Assembly: GCA_964016885.1 (NCBI GenBank)
Contig: OZ024742.1
Location: forward strand, 346,208,001-346,272,000
DNA: 64,000 nucleotides
Reading direction: 5' to 3'
Source of the DNA: Eledone cirrhosa
Taxonomy: Eukaryota
Shown here: positions 37,388-51,700 of the stretch, in pieces
Position numbering within the stretch: the first letter of the stretch is position 1
How the letters are laid out: the number at the start of each line of letters is the position of its first letter
Made by a program: the position numbers and the translations under genes
The notes under the pieces: model-generated
The model's input: the letters and a program-made list of their open reading frames with translations, nothing else
Databases searched by the model: none
What the model was told of the DNA's origin: nothing

Positions 37388-38713
37388 TCCATATATATAA
37401 AACGGAAGATGTCTGTCTGTATGTGTGTATGATTGTTATGCATTTCCACATTTCTCTACCGATTTTGATGATTTTTTTCCAATGTGCTCCAAATTTACCA
37501 ACGATGGTCAACGCGTAATAAACTTTGCCAAATATTTCCTGCTTCTATGAAAAAAATCGATAAAACTAAATACATGCTGTAACCCTCTCTCTTACACGCT
37601 TATTCACTCTCTCTACTACCCAACAGCGACAAAACTTCGTTCAGGAACGCGACATAAACTTTGAAAACTAAGCAACACATCATTTTATACAACAGCAAAA
37701 ATAGTCATAACGCTCTCTCCGTCGCTCTTCACTCTCTCTATAATAGATCATTCCCCTTCTCTATAATTTAACTTCTTTACTCTCTCTGTCGCTCTTCACT
37801 CTCTATATGACAACACTGTTTTACACACCTCCCTATAGCTTCTTAGCTTTACTCTCTCCATCGTTATTCCCTCTCTCTCTATAATAGATTATTCCCTCTC
37901 TATAATTTAACTGCTGGGGGAGTCATTGGAGTTCCGTATTGACATACGGCTTTTCTGGGGCATTTTAAATCGGTTTATTGCAAATAACACTTCATATAAC
38001 AAATTAATGCTATAGACATATGAATCGGAATCTTTAAATTATATATTTTTTACGTCTTTCATTGGTTAAATATTAATATGACAACACCCATAGTGGTGTA
38101 CTTCTGGCAATTCTGCCGAATACACTGCCAAGGATGAACCTTTTCCCCTCGACGTCAGATATCCAGTTCAATTTCTGACGATCCCAATTCCCGGTGAGAC
38201 CATGATTTGCTATGTCCATTAACAAGTCACAAGGGCAAATATTGTCGGTGCGGGCATCCATTTGGGGGAGCCATGCTTCTCCCATGGCCAACTTTATGTT
38301 GCCTGTTCCTGCGTAGGGAGCAGGAATGGACTTTTTGCTTACACTCCTCAAGGGATGACACGCAATATCGTCTACAAAGAGGTGCTATAGATGTTGGTGC
38401 AGATATTAGATGTGTTGGAGCTATGCCGTCTGGAAAACTATTTCCTGGTAGGGTTACCCATGGCGGACAGATCTGACACCCAGTGGCATCAGGGCCATCA
38501 TCTTGCAACTTTCGTCTGCTAAATTCGCTATTGAAAGATTATTAACCCATCATTGATTGTCCAAAATGCTAATTGGTTCGTAACTTTTAATAACCGGTTC
38601 AACTGCTTTATGCACTTAATTGATAAGCTTATTCGCTTTCAAGCCACGTTTACCTGTATGTAACTTTTCATAGCAAATGAACAAACCCGAGGAAAGCCGG
38701 GCTAAACTGCTAG
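37388..38713 (+). mobile_element. Non-autonomous Helitron with PIF1-helicase remnant
   Basis: 5' TCCATATATATAAAA; 3' hairpin CCCG..CGGG followed by CTAG|T at 38710-38713. About 38125-38325 encodes LPRMNLFPS..F*RSQFPVRP*FAMSINKSQGQ, frameshift, CFSHGQLYVACSCVG. Confidence 0.85.
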
Positions 38714-38751
<38 letters not shown>

Positions 38752-38935
38752 TAGAAAAGCTTCTACAGGACTAGAACTGTTTCATTCGTGAAAAATCATC
38801 AGGATCCTCCTGGTGTACTGGTCACTCTATGATAAGTTTATCATTGAAACATTTATACTCTGCTATATATTGAGGACCTTACTTACTGTGGTTAGCCCTG
38901 ATTTAACCCGGAATAACTTTTATATATATATATAT

Positions 38936-39575
38936 AGGAAAAAGTATGACCCCCGACGGCAGAGCTCAAGCCGTTTCGACGGCTATTTCTGGACTAAATT
39001 AGAATTTTTAGCCTGGTGAATAAATAGCCGAGCTTGTCAAGGGGGTACTTCCTTATATGGGAAGATTGTAGTTGTCAAGACGATTGGTTAAAATTTGTTG
39101 TAAACACAAATAAGTCTATCATGGCATTTGGTGGAAGGTAGGGGTAGCTGAACTTGCCTGTAGAACAATAGGGGAGAGAGTGGAGCGGTCAAGCGTTGAA
39201 AGTGATATGTATACAGCAGATTCTAAGGATAGTGTATGAAGTGGAGGAGGGAGGTTATAGAATAGGTAAATCGAAGGAGAGTAGGAGACAATAAAAGATA
39301 CTAGAAAGAAATAAAAAAATATATAAAATTAGAAAGTGGGAAATGAGTAAAAAAAATCACAATGCTATTTATTCACCAGGCTAAAAATTCTAATTTAGTC
39401 CAGAAATAGCCGTCGAAACGGCTTGAGCTCTGCCGTCGGGGTCATACTTTTTCCTATTTCCCACTCTACCAGATGGACCATAACGCACCAGAGTACTCAA
39501 TACTTAGGGTAGTAGAGTGGGAAATAGGAAAAAGTATGACCCCGACGGCAGAGCTCAAACCGTTTCGACGGCTAT

Positions 39576-39577
<2 letters not shown>
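38936..39577. mobile_element. Family F7 nested double fold-back
   Basis: 38936-39028 inverted vs 39364-39457, and ~39405-39469 inverted vs ~39512-39576; (TA)n flanks. Confidence 0.82.
38949..39046 (-). ncRNA. Type I hammerhead ribozyme with U3-A8 core (family F7)
   Basis: ACCCCC-TTGACAA-g..CGGCTATTT...AAATAGCCG.c-GAAA-CGGC-ttgagctct-GCCG-TC-GGGGGT. Confidence 0.75.
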
Positions 39578-39601
<24 letters not shown>

Positions 39602-39606
<5 letters not shown>

Positions 39607-39645
39607 ATACGTACATACATATATGTATACAGACGTACAGTAGCA

Positions 39646-39695
<50 letters not shown>

Positions 39696-40128
39696 CAGGT
39701 ACACATACATATATGCACGTATCAGTTTAGCGGACGTTTATTATAACGCCGCTTTGTTCGTTTGTAAACAAACTGAACAGCCTGAATTTTTTTATGCCGT
39801 ACGGTGTTAAGGCAACCACGTCACCTTTTTGTTCAACACTGACACAGGAACGATGTACTAGTTTCAAGCTTGTTAGCTATCATCAGCACCGTATACCCAT
39901 CTGCCAGATAGTTGAACGTTCGAAAGTATATACTTTCCTTATGAAAATTAACGGCTGAGCAACCTAATTTGCATATCGAGTGAGCTAAGTCGGTCAGGCA
40001 TACCGAAAACGATAAGTTGAAATAAAATGAAAACGAAATTTCATTTCTGACTCTTAGTACGGCACTTACTTAAATGTAAGTATGTGTGTATACGTACATA
40101 CATATATGTATACAGACGTACAGTAGCA

Positions 40129-40170
<42 letters not shown>

Positions 40171-40512
40171 CAGGTACACATACATATATGCACGTATCAG
40201 TTCAGCGGACGTTTATTATAACGACGCTTTGTTCGTTTGTAAACAAACTGAACAGCCTGAATTTTTATGCCGTACGGTGTTAAGGCAACCACGTTACCTT
40301 TTTGTTCAACACTGACACAGGAACGATGTACTAGTTTCAAGCTTGTTAGCTATCATCAGCACCGTATACCCATCTGCCAGATAGTTGAACGTTCGAAAGT
40401 ATATACTTTCCTTATGAAAATTAACGGCTGAGCAACCTAATTTGCATATCGAGTGAGCTAAGTGCCGTACTAAGAGTGAGAAATGAAATTTCGTTTTCAT
40501 TTTATTTCAACT
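39602..40512 (-). mobile_element. Tandem dimer of hammerhead repeat F2 with inverted terminal tail; hammerheads at 39851-39891 and 40324-40364
   Basis: Both ribozymes read CGGTG-CTGATGA-t-AGCT-aaca-AGCT-t-GAAA-ctag-TA-CATCG and are 473 nt apart; ~40459-40512 is the reverse complement of ~40015-40068. Confidence 0.88.
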
Positions 40513-40513
40513 C

Positions 40514-40546
<33 letters not shown>

Positions 40547-40549
40547 TAT

Positions 40550-40965
40550 ATTTCGTTTCTGAATTTGTTTAGCAAGATGCTATATCTGAAAACGTGTGTT
40601 GAAACCGATATTGTTATACTTTGCTTTCACTCCAATTTATTATAAATTAAATTTATAAATTTAAGAAATTTATAAATTTCCGGTTGGTTGGCTGGTTCCA
40701 CAACCGGACGGTTGTTCATATATTGCCAAAGTTCTTTCGTCACACATTCTGTGACCCCTTCTGTGACTGGGGATTCTTTTCTTTGTTTTGTGCCTCTCCT
40801 TTGTTCTGTCCTACGCCATCTTGTTTTTGTGTGTGTTCTACCAACCAACTGGAGATTTATAAATTTCTTAAATTTATAAATTTAATTTATAATAAATTGG
40901 AGTGAAAGCAACTGGTGCGTGTGTTTCTTATTGGCAACATGACCCTCCCAAAGCATAACAATATA
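40550..40965. mobile_element. PLE-2-related pseudo-LTR fold-back
   Basis: About 70-bp inverted arms (40621-40691 / 40841-40911); ATGACCCTCCCAAAGCATAACAATAT matches PLE-2 27300-27325; degenerate hammerhead at 40725-40767. Confidence 0.75.
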
Positions 40966-41056
40966 TATATATATGTTTCTCCCTCTACCTCTCTCACACA
41001 CTATGTTTCTCTCCTTCACTCTCTCTTCATGACACTATATCTCTATCTCTCTATCC

Positions 41057-41119
<63 letters not shown>

Positions 41120-42771
41120 GCTATCTAATGGTCCTAACAACATAATTGCGAAGTCGTTACTCCGGACGATAGCTAAGAAGATACGCCCCCTAAAAAGCAA
41201 GTCTAACTGGCGGGGCTCATTCTTGCTGGCAGCTAATTCCGTCACAATCGCACTAAGTCGGAATATGGTACGGGGTCCCAAGACGCCAGAAGTTTCCAAT
41301 TCTATAGTTTCAATAATAAACTTATCAGAGAGTGACCAGTACATTAACAATTTGTCAGATTTTCACAGATGATTCACAGGGGAATGGGGAATATAATTGT
41401 TTCCACTTTTGGCACAAGGCCATCAAATACCCAGTACATTACTGGTACTTTATTTTATCCACCCCGTAAGGATGAAAGGCAAAGTTAACCTCGGCGGGAT
41501 TTGAACTCAGACCGTAAAGGGATGTAACTATGCTGGAAAGCATGGTGGTTTCTGATTTAGCCACAAGGCTAGTAATTTGGGAGAGAGGAAAGTTGATTAA
41601 ATTGACCCCAGTGCATCACTGGTGCCTTATTTTCTCGACCCTGTAAGAATGAAAGGCAAAGCTAACCTCGGCATGATTTGAACTCAGAACGTAAAGAGCC
41701 GTAACTATGTGCCGCAAAGCATGTTATCCGACGCTCTACCGATTACTGCCAATCCACCTCCCTCGGTGGGGGTTAATAATCTTATTTCATAAACTTATTT
41801 TGCTTATTTGAGGACAATGTTGATGATCAACATTTTAAGGAAGTAAGGCAGTAATTGGTAGAGCGTCGGACAATATGTTTTGTGGCATAGAATTACGTCC
41901 CTTTATGGTCCTTTACGTTCTGAGATCAAATCCCGCCGGGGTTAACTTTGCCTTTCATCCTTACGGGGTCGATAAAATAAAGAACCAGTAACGTACTTTG
42001 CTTTTTTAATGACAGCTCACACCTATGCAGGCTTAGTTGGCCTCCTCCAAGGTATATCTCGTTGGAGGTGTCTTGGGTAATTTAATGATAGGGACCCCAG
42101 TCCTATTATCTCATATCTACAGCTGAGTAAACTGGAGCAACGTGAAATAAAGTGTCTTGCTCAAGGAAACAACACATCACCCGTTCTGAGAATTGAACTC
42201 ACAACCTTTCGACTGCAAGCCCAATGCTCTAACCATTAAGCCATGCACCTTCACCTGTAACGTACTGGGTCGATTTAATCCCCCCCCCCTTAGAAATTGT
42301 TGGCCTTCTGCCTGTTGTAGAAAGCATTTTAAGAAAGCTATTACTCTATTACAACTTCCAGCCGAGAATCTGAGGTCATGCTGGAGCACCACCATAGGTA
42401 TACATTATATTTCATAATATCTAGTTTTGTTTCTGCCAGTCCTGGGTTCAAATCTGGCCGGGGTTCGACTAATACTGGTCATTATGCACTGAGTATTTTC
42501 TTATATTTGTTATACACCTCCGTCAATGACGACGCTGATGTTCCAGATGTTTTGATCATCGGAGCAGCCTGGTCGGAAACTTATGGTGCAATGTGTTGAC
42601 TGAGCATTCGACAGACACGTGTACCCGCATACGTAGTTCTGTGGTTAATGTGTTTAACTCACAATTCTAAAATCGTGGGTTCTTTTTCTGACAGCAACTT
42701 TTTTTCCTTGAGCAAGATTCTTTATTTCACATTATTCCAGTCAATTAAACCTTCTAACAAATTATGTAAAA

Positions 42772-45700
42772 TTGTCTGTGGTACACCTGTCTGTGGTACC
42801 CCTGTCTGTGGTACACCTGTCTGTGGTACTCCTGTCTGTGGTACACGTGTCTGTGGTACTCGTGTCTGTGGTACTCGTGTCTGTGGTTCACCTGTCTGTG
42901 GTACCCCTGTCTATGGTACCCCTGACTGTGGTACCCCTGACTGTGGTACCCCTGACTGTGGTACACCTGTCTGTGGTACTCCTGTCTATGGTACCCCTGT
43001 CTGTGGTACTCCTGTCTGTGGTACTCCTGTCTGTGGTACAGCTGTCTGTGGTACTCCTCTCTGTGGTACACCTGTCTGTGGTACTCGTGTCTGTGGTACA
43101 CCTGTCTGTGGTACCCCTGCCTGTGGTACCCCTGACAGTGGTACCCCTGTCTGTGGTACAGCTGTCTGTGGTACTCCTCTCTGTGGTACACCTGTCTGTG
43201 GTACTCCTGTCTGTGGTACTCCTGTCTGTGGTACACCTGTCTGTGGTACTCCTGTCTGTGGTACTCCTCTCTGTGGTACACCTGTCTGTGGTACTCCTGT
43301 CTGTGGTACTCCTGTCTGTGGTACTCCTCTCTGTGGTACACCTGTCTGTGGTACTCCTGTCTGTGGTACTCCTGTCTGTGGTACACCTGTCTGTGGTACT
43401 CCTCTCTGTGGTACACCTGTCTGTGGTACTCCTGTCTGTGGTACTCCTGTCTGTGGTACACCTGTCTGTGGTACTCCTGTCTGTGGTAATCCTCTCTGTG
43501 GTACACCTGTCTGTGGTACTCCTGTCTGTGGTACTCCTCTCTGTGGTACACCTGTCTGTGGTACTCCTGTCTGTGGTACCCCTGTCTGTGGTACACCTGT
43601 CTGTGGTACTCCTGTCTGTGGTACTCCTATCTATGGTAGTCCTGTCTATGGTACTTCTGTCTGTTGTACTCCTGTCTATGGTACACCTATCTGTGGTACA
43701 CCTGTCTGTGGTACTCCTGTCTGTGGTACTCCTGTCTGTGGTACACCTGTCTGTGGTACACCTGCCTATGGTACACCTGTCTATGGTTCTCCTGTCTGTG
43801 GTACAATGTCTGTGGTACTCCTGTCTGTGGTACTCCTGTCTGTGGTACACCTGTCTGTGGTATTCCTGTCTGTGGTACACTTGTCTGTGGTACTCCTGTC
43901 TGTGGTACAATGTCTGTGGTACTCCTGTCTGTGGTACTCCTGTCTGTTGTACTCCTGTCTATGGTACTCCTGTCTGTGGTACCCCTGTCTGTGGTAATCA
44001 TGTCTGTGGTACAATGTCTGTGGTACTCCTGTCTGTGGTACACCTGTCTGTGATACTCCTGTCTGTGGTACACCTGTCTGTGGTACTCCTGTCTGTGGTA
44101 CAATGTCTGTGGTACACCTGTCTGTGGTACTCCTGTCTGTGGTACTCCTGTCTGTGGTACTCCTGTCTGTGCTACTCCTGTCTGTGGTAAACCTGTCTGT
44201 GGCACTCCTGTCTGTGGTACTCCTGTCTGTGGTACTCCTGTCTGTGGTACACCTGTCTGTGGTACACCTGTCTGTAGTACTCCTATCTGTGGTACACCTG
44301 TCTGTGGTACTCCTGTCTGTGGTATACCTGTCTGTGATACACCTGTCTGTAGTACTCCTGTCTGTGGTACTCCTGTCTGTAGTACTCCTGCCTGTGGTAC
44401 TCCTGTCTGTGGTACTCCTGTCTGTGCTACTCCTGACTGTAGTACACCTGTCTGTGCTACTCCTGACAGTAGTACACCTGTCTGTGGTACACTTGTCTGT
44501 GGTACACCTGTGTGTGGTACTCCTGTCTGTGGTACACCTGTCTGTGGTACTCCTGTCTGTGGTCCCCTGTCTGTGGTACTCCTGTCTGTGGTACAATGTC
44601 TGTGGTACTCATGTCTGTGGTACTCCTGTCTGTAATACACCTGTCTGTGGTACTCCTGTCTGTGGCACTCCTGTCTGTGGTAAACCTGTCTGTGGTACTC
44701 CTGTCTGTGGTACTCCTGTCTGTGGTACTCCTGTCTGTGGTACTCCTGTCTCTGGTACACCTGTCTGTGGTACTCCTGTCTGTGGTACCCCTGTCTGTGG
44801 TACTCCTATCTGTGGTATAATGTCTGTGGTACTCCTGTCTGTGGTACAATGTCTGTGGTACTCCTGTATGAGGTACTCCTGTCTGTGGTACATCTGTCTG
44901 TGGTACTCCTGTCTGTGGTACCCTTGTCTGTGGTACTCCTATCTGTGGTACAATGTCTGTGGTACAATGTCTGTGGTACTCCTGTCTGTGGTACACCTGT
45001 CTGTGGTACTCCTGTCTGTGGTACAATGTCTGTGGTACTCTTGTCTCTGGTACTCCTGTCTGTGGTACTCCTGTCTGTTGTACTCCTGTCTATGGTACTC
45101 CTGTCTGTGGTACACCTGTCTGTAGTACTCCTGTCTGTTGTACTCCTGTCTATGGTACTCCTGTCTGTGGTACACCTGTGTGTCGTACTCCTGTCTGTGG
45201 CACAATGCCTGTTGTACTCCTGCCTGTGGTACACCTGTATGTGGTACCCCTGTCTGTGGTACTCTCGTCTGTGGTTCAATGTCTGTGGTACTGCTGTCTG
45301 TGGTACTCCTGTCTGTGGTAAACCTGTCTGTGGTACCGCTGTCTGTGGTACTCCTGTATGTCGTTCCAATGTCTGTGGTAATCCTGTCTGTGGTACTCCT
45401 GTCTGTGGTACACCTGTCTGTGGTACTCCTCTCAGTGGTACACCTGTCTGTGGTACTCCTGTCTGTGGTAGACCTGTCTGTGGTACTCCTGTCTGTGGTA
45501 CACCTGTCTGTGGTACTCCTGTCTGTGGTACACCTGTCTGTGGTACACCTGTCTGTGGTACTCCTGTCTGTGCTACACCTGTCTGTGGTACTCCTGTCTG
45601 TGGTACAGCTGTCTGTGGTACTCCTGTCTGTGGTACTGCTGTCTGTGGTACTCCTGTCTGTGGTACAATGTCTGTGGTACTTCTGTCTGTGGTACACCTG

Positions 45701-48700
45701 TCTGTGGTACTCCTGTCTGTGGTACACCTGTCTGTGGTACTCCTGTCTGTGGTACTCCTGTCTGTGGTACTCCTGTCTATGGTACACCTGTCTGTGGTAC
45801 TCCTGTCTGTGGTACTCCTGTCTGTGGTACTCCTGTCTGTGGTACACCTGTCTGTGGTACCCCTGTCTGTAGTACTCCTGTCAGTGGTACACATGTCTGT
45901 GGTACTCCTGTCTGTGGTAGACCTGTCTGTGGTACTCCTGTCTGTGGTACACCTGTCTGTGGTACTCCTGTCTGTGGTACACCTGTCTGTGGTACTCCTG
46001 TCTGTGGTACAATGTCTGTGGTACACCTGTCTGTGGTACACCTGTCTGTAGTACTCCTGTCTGTGGTACTCCTGTCTGTAGTACTCCTGCCTGTGGTACT
46101 CCTGTCTGTGGTACTCCTGTCTGTGCTACTCCTGACTGTAGTACACCTGTCTGTGCTACTCCTGACTGTAGTACACCTGTCTGTGGTACACTTGTCTGTG
46201 GTACACCTGTCTGTGGTACTCCTGTCTGTGGTACACCTGTCTGTGGTACTCCTGTCTGTGGTCCCCTGCCTGTGGTACTCCTGTCTGTGGTACAATGTCT
46301 GTGGTACTCATGTCTGTGGTACTCCTGTCTGTAATACACCTGTCTGTGGTACTCCTGTCTGTGGTACTCCTGTCTGTGGTACACCTGTCTGTGGTACTCC
46401 TCTCTGTGGTAAACCTGTCTGTGGTACTCCTGTCTGTGGTACTCCTGTCTGTGGTACAATGACTGTGGTACTCCTGTCTCTGGTACTCCTGTCTGTGGTA
46501 CACTTGTCTGTGGTACTCCTGTCTGTGGTACCCCTGTCTGTGGTACTCCTATCTGTGGTACAATGTCTGTGGTACTCCTGTCTGTGGTACTCCTGTCTGT
46601 GGTACACCTGTCTGTGGTACTCCTGTCTGTGGTACAATGTATGTGGTACTCTTGTATGTGGTACTCCTGTCTGTGGTACTCCTGTCTGCTGTACTCCTGT
46701 CTACGGTACTCCTGTCTGTGGTACACCTGTCTGTAGTACTCCTGTCTGTGGTACTCCTGTCTATGGTACTCCTGTCTGTGATACACCTGTGTGTCGTACT
46801 CCTGTCTGTGGCACAATGCCTGTGGTACTCCTGCCTGTGGTACACCTGTATGTGGTACCCCTGTCTGTGGTACTCTCGTCTGTGGTTCAATGTCTGTGGT
46901 ACTGCTGTCTGTGGTACTCCTGTCTGTGGTACACCTGTCTGTGGTACACCTGTCTGTGGTACCCCTGTCTGTGGTACTCCTGTCTGTGGTACACCTGTCT
47001 GAGGTACTCCTCTCAGTGGTACACCTGTCTGTGGTACTCCTGTCTGTGGTAGACCTGTCTGTGGTACTCCTGTCTATGGTACTCCTGTCTGTGGATCTCT
47101 TGTCTGTGGTACAATGTACTCCTGTCTGTGGTACAATGTCTGTGGTACTGCTGTCTGTGGTTATCCAGTCTATTGTACTCCTGTCTGTGGTACACCTGTC
47201 TGTGGTACACCTGTCTGTGGTACTCCTGTCTGTGGTACTCCTATCTGTGGTAGTCCTGTCTGTGGTACACCTGTCTGTGGTACACTTGTCTGTGGTACAC
47301 CTGTCTGTGGTACTCTTGTGTTTGGTACTCCTGTCTGTGGTACTCCTGTCTATGGTACAATGTCTGTGGTACACCTGTCTGTGGTACCCCTGTCTGTGGT
47401 ACTCCTGTCTGTAGTACATTGTCTGTGGTACACCTGTCTGTGGTACACCTGTCTGTGGTACACCTGTCTGTGGTACTCCTGTCTGTTGTACCCCTGTCTG
47501 TGGTGCTCATGTCTGTGGTACAATGTCTGTGGTACACCTGTCTGTGGTACCCCTGTTTGTGGTACTCCTGTCTGTAGTACATTGTCTGTGGTACTCCTGT
47601 CTGTGGTACACCTGTCTGTGGTACGCCTGTCTGTGGGACACCTGTCGTGGTACTCTTGTCTGTGGTACCCATGTCTGTGGTACTCCTGTCTGTAGTACAC
47701 CTGTCTGTGGTACTGCTGTCTGTGGTACTCCTGTCTGTGGTACACCTGTCTGTGGTTCTCCTGTCTGTGGTACCCCTCTCTGTGGTACTCCTGTCTTTGG
47801 TACTCCTGTCTCTGGTACACCTGTCTGAGGTACACCTGTCTGTAGTACTCCTGTCTGTGGTACTCCTGTCTGTGGTACACCTGTCTGTGGTACCCCTGTC
47901 TGTGGTACTCCTGCCTGTGGTACACCTGTCTGTGATACTCCTATCTGTGGTGCAGCTGTCAGTGGTACTCCTCTCTGTGGTACACCTCTCTGTGGTACTC
48001 CTGTCTGTGGTACCCCTGTCTGTGGTACACCTGTCTGTGGTACTCCTGTCTGTGGTACTCCTATCTGTGGTAGTCCTGTCTATGGTACTTCTGTCTGTTG
48101 TACTCCTGTCTATGGTACACCTATCTGTGGTACACCTGTCTGTGGTACTCCTGTCTGTGGCACACCTGTCTGTGGTACACCTGCCTATGGTACACCTGTC
48201 TGTGGTACTCCTGTATGTGATTCCAATGTCTGTGGTACTCCTGTCTGTGGTACTCCTGTCTGTGGTACACCTGTCTGTGGTACTCCTATCTGTGGTAGTC
48301 CTGTCTGTGGCACACCTGTCTGTGGTACACCTGCCTATGGTACACCTGTCTGTGGTACTCCTGAATGTGATTCCAATGTCTGTGGTACTCCTGTCTGTGG
48401 TACTCCTGTCTGTGGTACACCTGTCTGTGGTACTCCTGTCTGTGGTACAGCTGTCTGTGGTACTCCTGTCTGTGGTACTCCTGTCTGTGGTACTCCTATC
48501 TGTGGTAATCCTGTCTGTGGTATACCTGTCTGTTGTACACCTGCCTATGGTACACCTGTCTGTGGTACTCCTGTATGTGATTCCAATGTCTGTGGTACTC
48601 CTGTCTGTGGTACACCTTTCTGTGGTACTCCTCTCAGTGGTACACCTGTCTGTGGTACTCCTGTCTGTGGTAGACCTGTCTGTGGTACTCCTGTCTGTGG

Positions 48701-51700
48701 TACACTTGTCTGTGGTACTCCTGTCTGTGGTACACCTGTCTGTGTTACACCTGTCTGTGGTACTCCTGTCTGTGGTACACCTGTCTGTGGTACTCCTGTC
48801 TGTGGTACAGCTGTCTGTGGTACTCCTGTCTGTGGTACTCCTGTCTGTGGTACTCCTATCTGTGGTAGTCCTGGTCTGTGTTACCCCTGTCTGTGGTACA
48901 CCTGTCTGTGGTACACCTGTCTGTGGTACTCCTATCTGTGGTAGTCCTGTCTATGGTACTTCTGTTTGTTGTACTCCTGTCTATGGTACACCTATCTGTG
49001 GTACTCCTGTCTCTGGTACTCCTGTCTGTGGTACACCTGCCTATGGTACACCTGTCTATTGTTTCTCCTGTCTGTGGTACAATGTCTGTGGTACGCCTGT
49101 CTGTGGTACTCCTGTCTGTGGTACACCTGTCTGTGGTACACCTGTCTGTGGTACTCCTGTCTGTGGTACACCTGTCTGTGGTACTCCTGTCTGTGGTACA
49201 ATGTCTGTGGTACTCCTGTCTGTGGTACTCCTGTCTGTGGTACAATGTCTGTGGTACTTCTGTATGAGGTACTCCTGTCTGTGGTACACCTGTCTGTGGT
49301 ACTCCTGTCTGTGGTACCCTTGTCTGTGGTACTCCTATCTGTGGTTCAATGTCTGTGGTACTCCTGTCTGTGGTACTCCTGTCTGTGGTACACCTGTCTG
49401 TGGTACTCCTGTCTGTGGTACAATGTCTGTGGTACTCTTGTCTGTGGTACTCCTGTCTGTGGTACTCCTGTCTATTGTACTCCTGTCTATGGTACTCCTG
49501 TCTGTGGTACACCTGTCTGTAGTACTCCTGTCTGTGGTACTCCTGTCTATGGTACTCCTGCCTGTGGTACACCTGTGTGTCGTACTCCTGTCTGTGGCAC
49601 AATGCCTGTGGTACTCCTGCCTGTGGTACACATGTATGTGGTACCCCTGTCTGTGGTACTCTCGTCTGTGGTTCAATGTCTGTGGTACTGCTATCTGTGG
49701 TACTCTTGTCTGTGGTACACCTGTCTGTGGTACCCCTGTCTGTGGTACTCCTGTCTGTGGTACACCTGTCTGTGGTACTCCTCTCAGTGGTACACCTGTC
49801 TGTGGTACTCCTGTCTGTGGTACACCTGTCTGTGGTACTCCTGTCTGTGGTACTCCTGTCTGTGGTACTGTCTATGGTACACCTGTCTGTGGTACTCCTG
49901 TCTATGGTAGACCTGTCTGTGGTACTCCTGTCTGTGGTACACGTGTCTGTGGTACTCCTGTCAGTGGTACACCTGTCTGTGGTACTCCTGTCTGTGGTAC
50001 ACCTGTCTGTGGTAAACCTGTCTGTGGTACTCCTGTCTGTGGTACTCCTTCTGTGGTACTCCTGTCTGTGGTAAACCTGTCTGTGGTAAACCTGTCTGTG
50101 GTACTCCTGTCTGTGGTACTCCTGTCTGTGGTACACCTGTCTGTGGTACCCCTGTCTCTAGTACTGCTGTCAGTGGTACACCTGTCTGTGGTACTCCTGT
50201 CTGTGGTAGACCTGTCTGTGGTACTCCTGTCTGTGGTACACCTGTCTGTGGTACTCCTGTCTGTGGTACACCTGTCTGTGGTACACCTGTCTGTGGTACT
50301 CCTGTCTGTGGTACTCCTGTCTGTGGTACACCTGTCTGTGGTACTCCTGTCAGTGGTACACCTGTCTGTGGTACTCCTGTCTGTGCTAGACCTGTCTGTG
50401 GTACTCCTGTCTGTGGTACACGTTTCTGTGGTACTCCTGTCAGTGGTACACCTGTCTGTGGTACTCCTGTCTGTGGTACACCTGTCTGTGGTACCCCTGT
50501 CTGTGGTACTCCTGTATGTGATTCCAATGTATGTGGTACTCCTGTCTGCGGTACTCCTGTCTGTGGTACACCTGTCTGTGGTACTCCTCTCAGTGGTACA
50601 CTTGTCTGTGGTACTCCTGTCTGTGGTAGACCTGTCTGTGGTACTCCTGTCTGTGGTACACCTGTCTGTGGTACTCCTGTCTGTGGTACACCTGTCTGTG
50701 TTACACCTGTCTGTGGTACTCCTGTCTGTGGTACACCTGTCTGTGGTACTCCTGTCTGTGGTACTCCTGTCTGTGGTACAATCTCTGTGGTACTCCTGTC
50801 TGTGGTACACCTGTCTGTGGTACTCCTGTCTGTGGTACACCTGTCTGTGGTACTCCTGTCTGTGGTACACCTGTCTGTGGTAAACCTGTCTGTGGTACTC
50901 CTGTCTGTGGTACTCCTGTCTGTGGTACTCCTGTCTGTGGTACACCTGTCTGTGGTACCCCTGTCTGTAGTACTCCTGTCAGTGGTACACCTGTCTGTGG
51001 TACACCCGTCGGTGGTAGACCTGTCTGTGGTACACCTGTCTGTGGTACTCCTGTCTGTGGTACTCCTGTCTATGGTACTCCTGTCTGTGGTACACCTGTC
51101 TGTGGTACTCCTGTCAGTGGTACACCTGTCTGTGGTACTCCTGTCTGTGGTAGACCTGTCTGTGGTACTCCTGTCTGTGGTACACCTGTCTGTGGTACTC
51201 CTGTCAGTGGTACAGCTGTCTGTGGTACTCCTGTCTGTGGTACACCTGTCTGTGGTACACCTGTCTGTGGTACTCCTGGCCATGGTACTCCTGTCTGTGG
51301 ATCTCTTGTCTGTGGTACAATGTACTCCTGTCTGTGGTACTCCTATCTGTGGTAGTCCTGTCTATGGTACTTCTGTTTGTTGTACTCCTGTCTATGGTAC
51401 ACCTATCTGTGGTACACCTGTCTGTGGTACACCTGTCTGTGGGACTCCTGTCTCTGGTACTCCTGTCTGTGGTACGCCTGTCTGTGGTACACCTGCCTAT
51501 GGTACACCTGTCTATGGTTCTCCTGTCTGTGGTACAATGTCTGTGGTACGCCTGTCTGTGGTACTCCTGTCTGTGGTACACCTGTCTGTGGTACACCTGT
51601 CTGTGGTACTCCTGTCTGTGGTACAGCTGTCTGTGGTACTCCTGTCTGTGGTACACCTGTCTGTGGTACTCCTCTCTGTGGTACAATGTCTGTGGTACTC

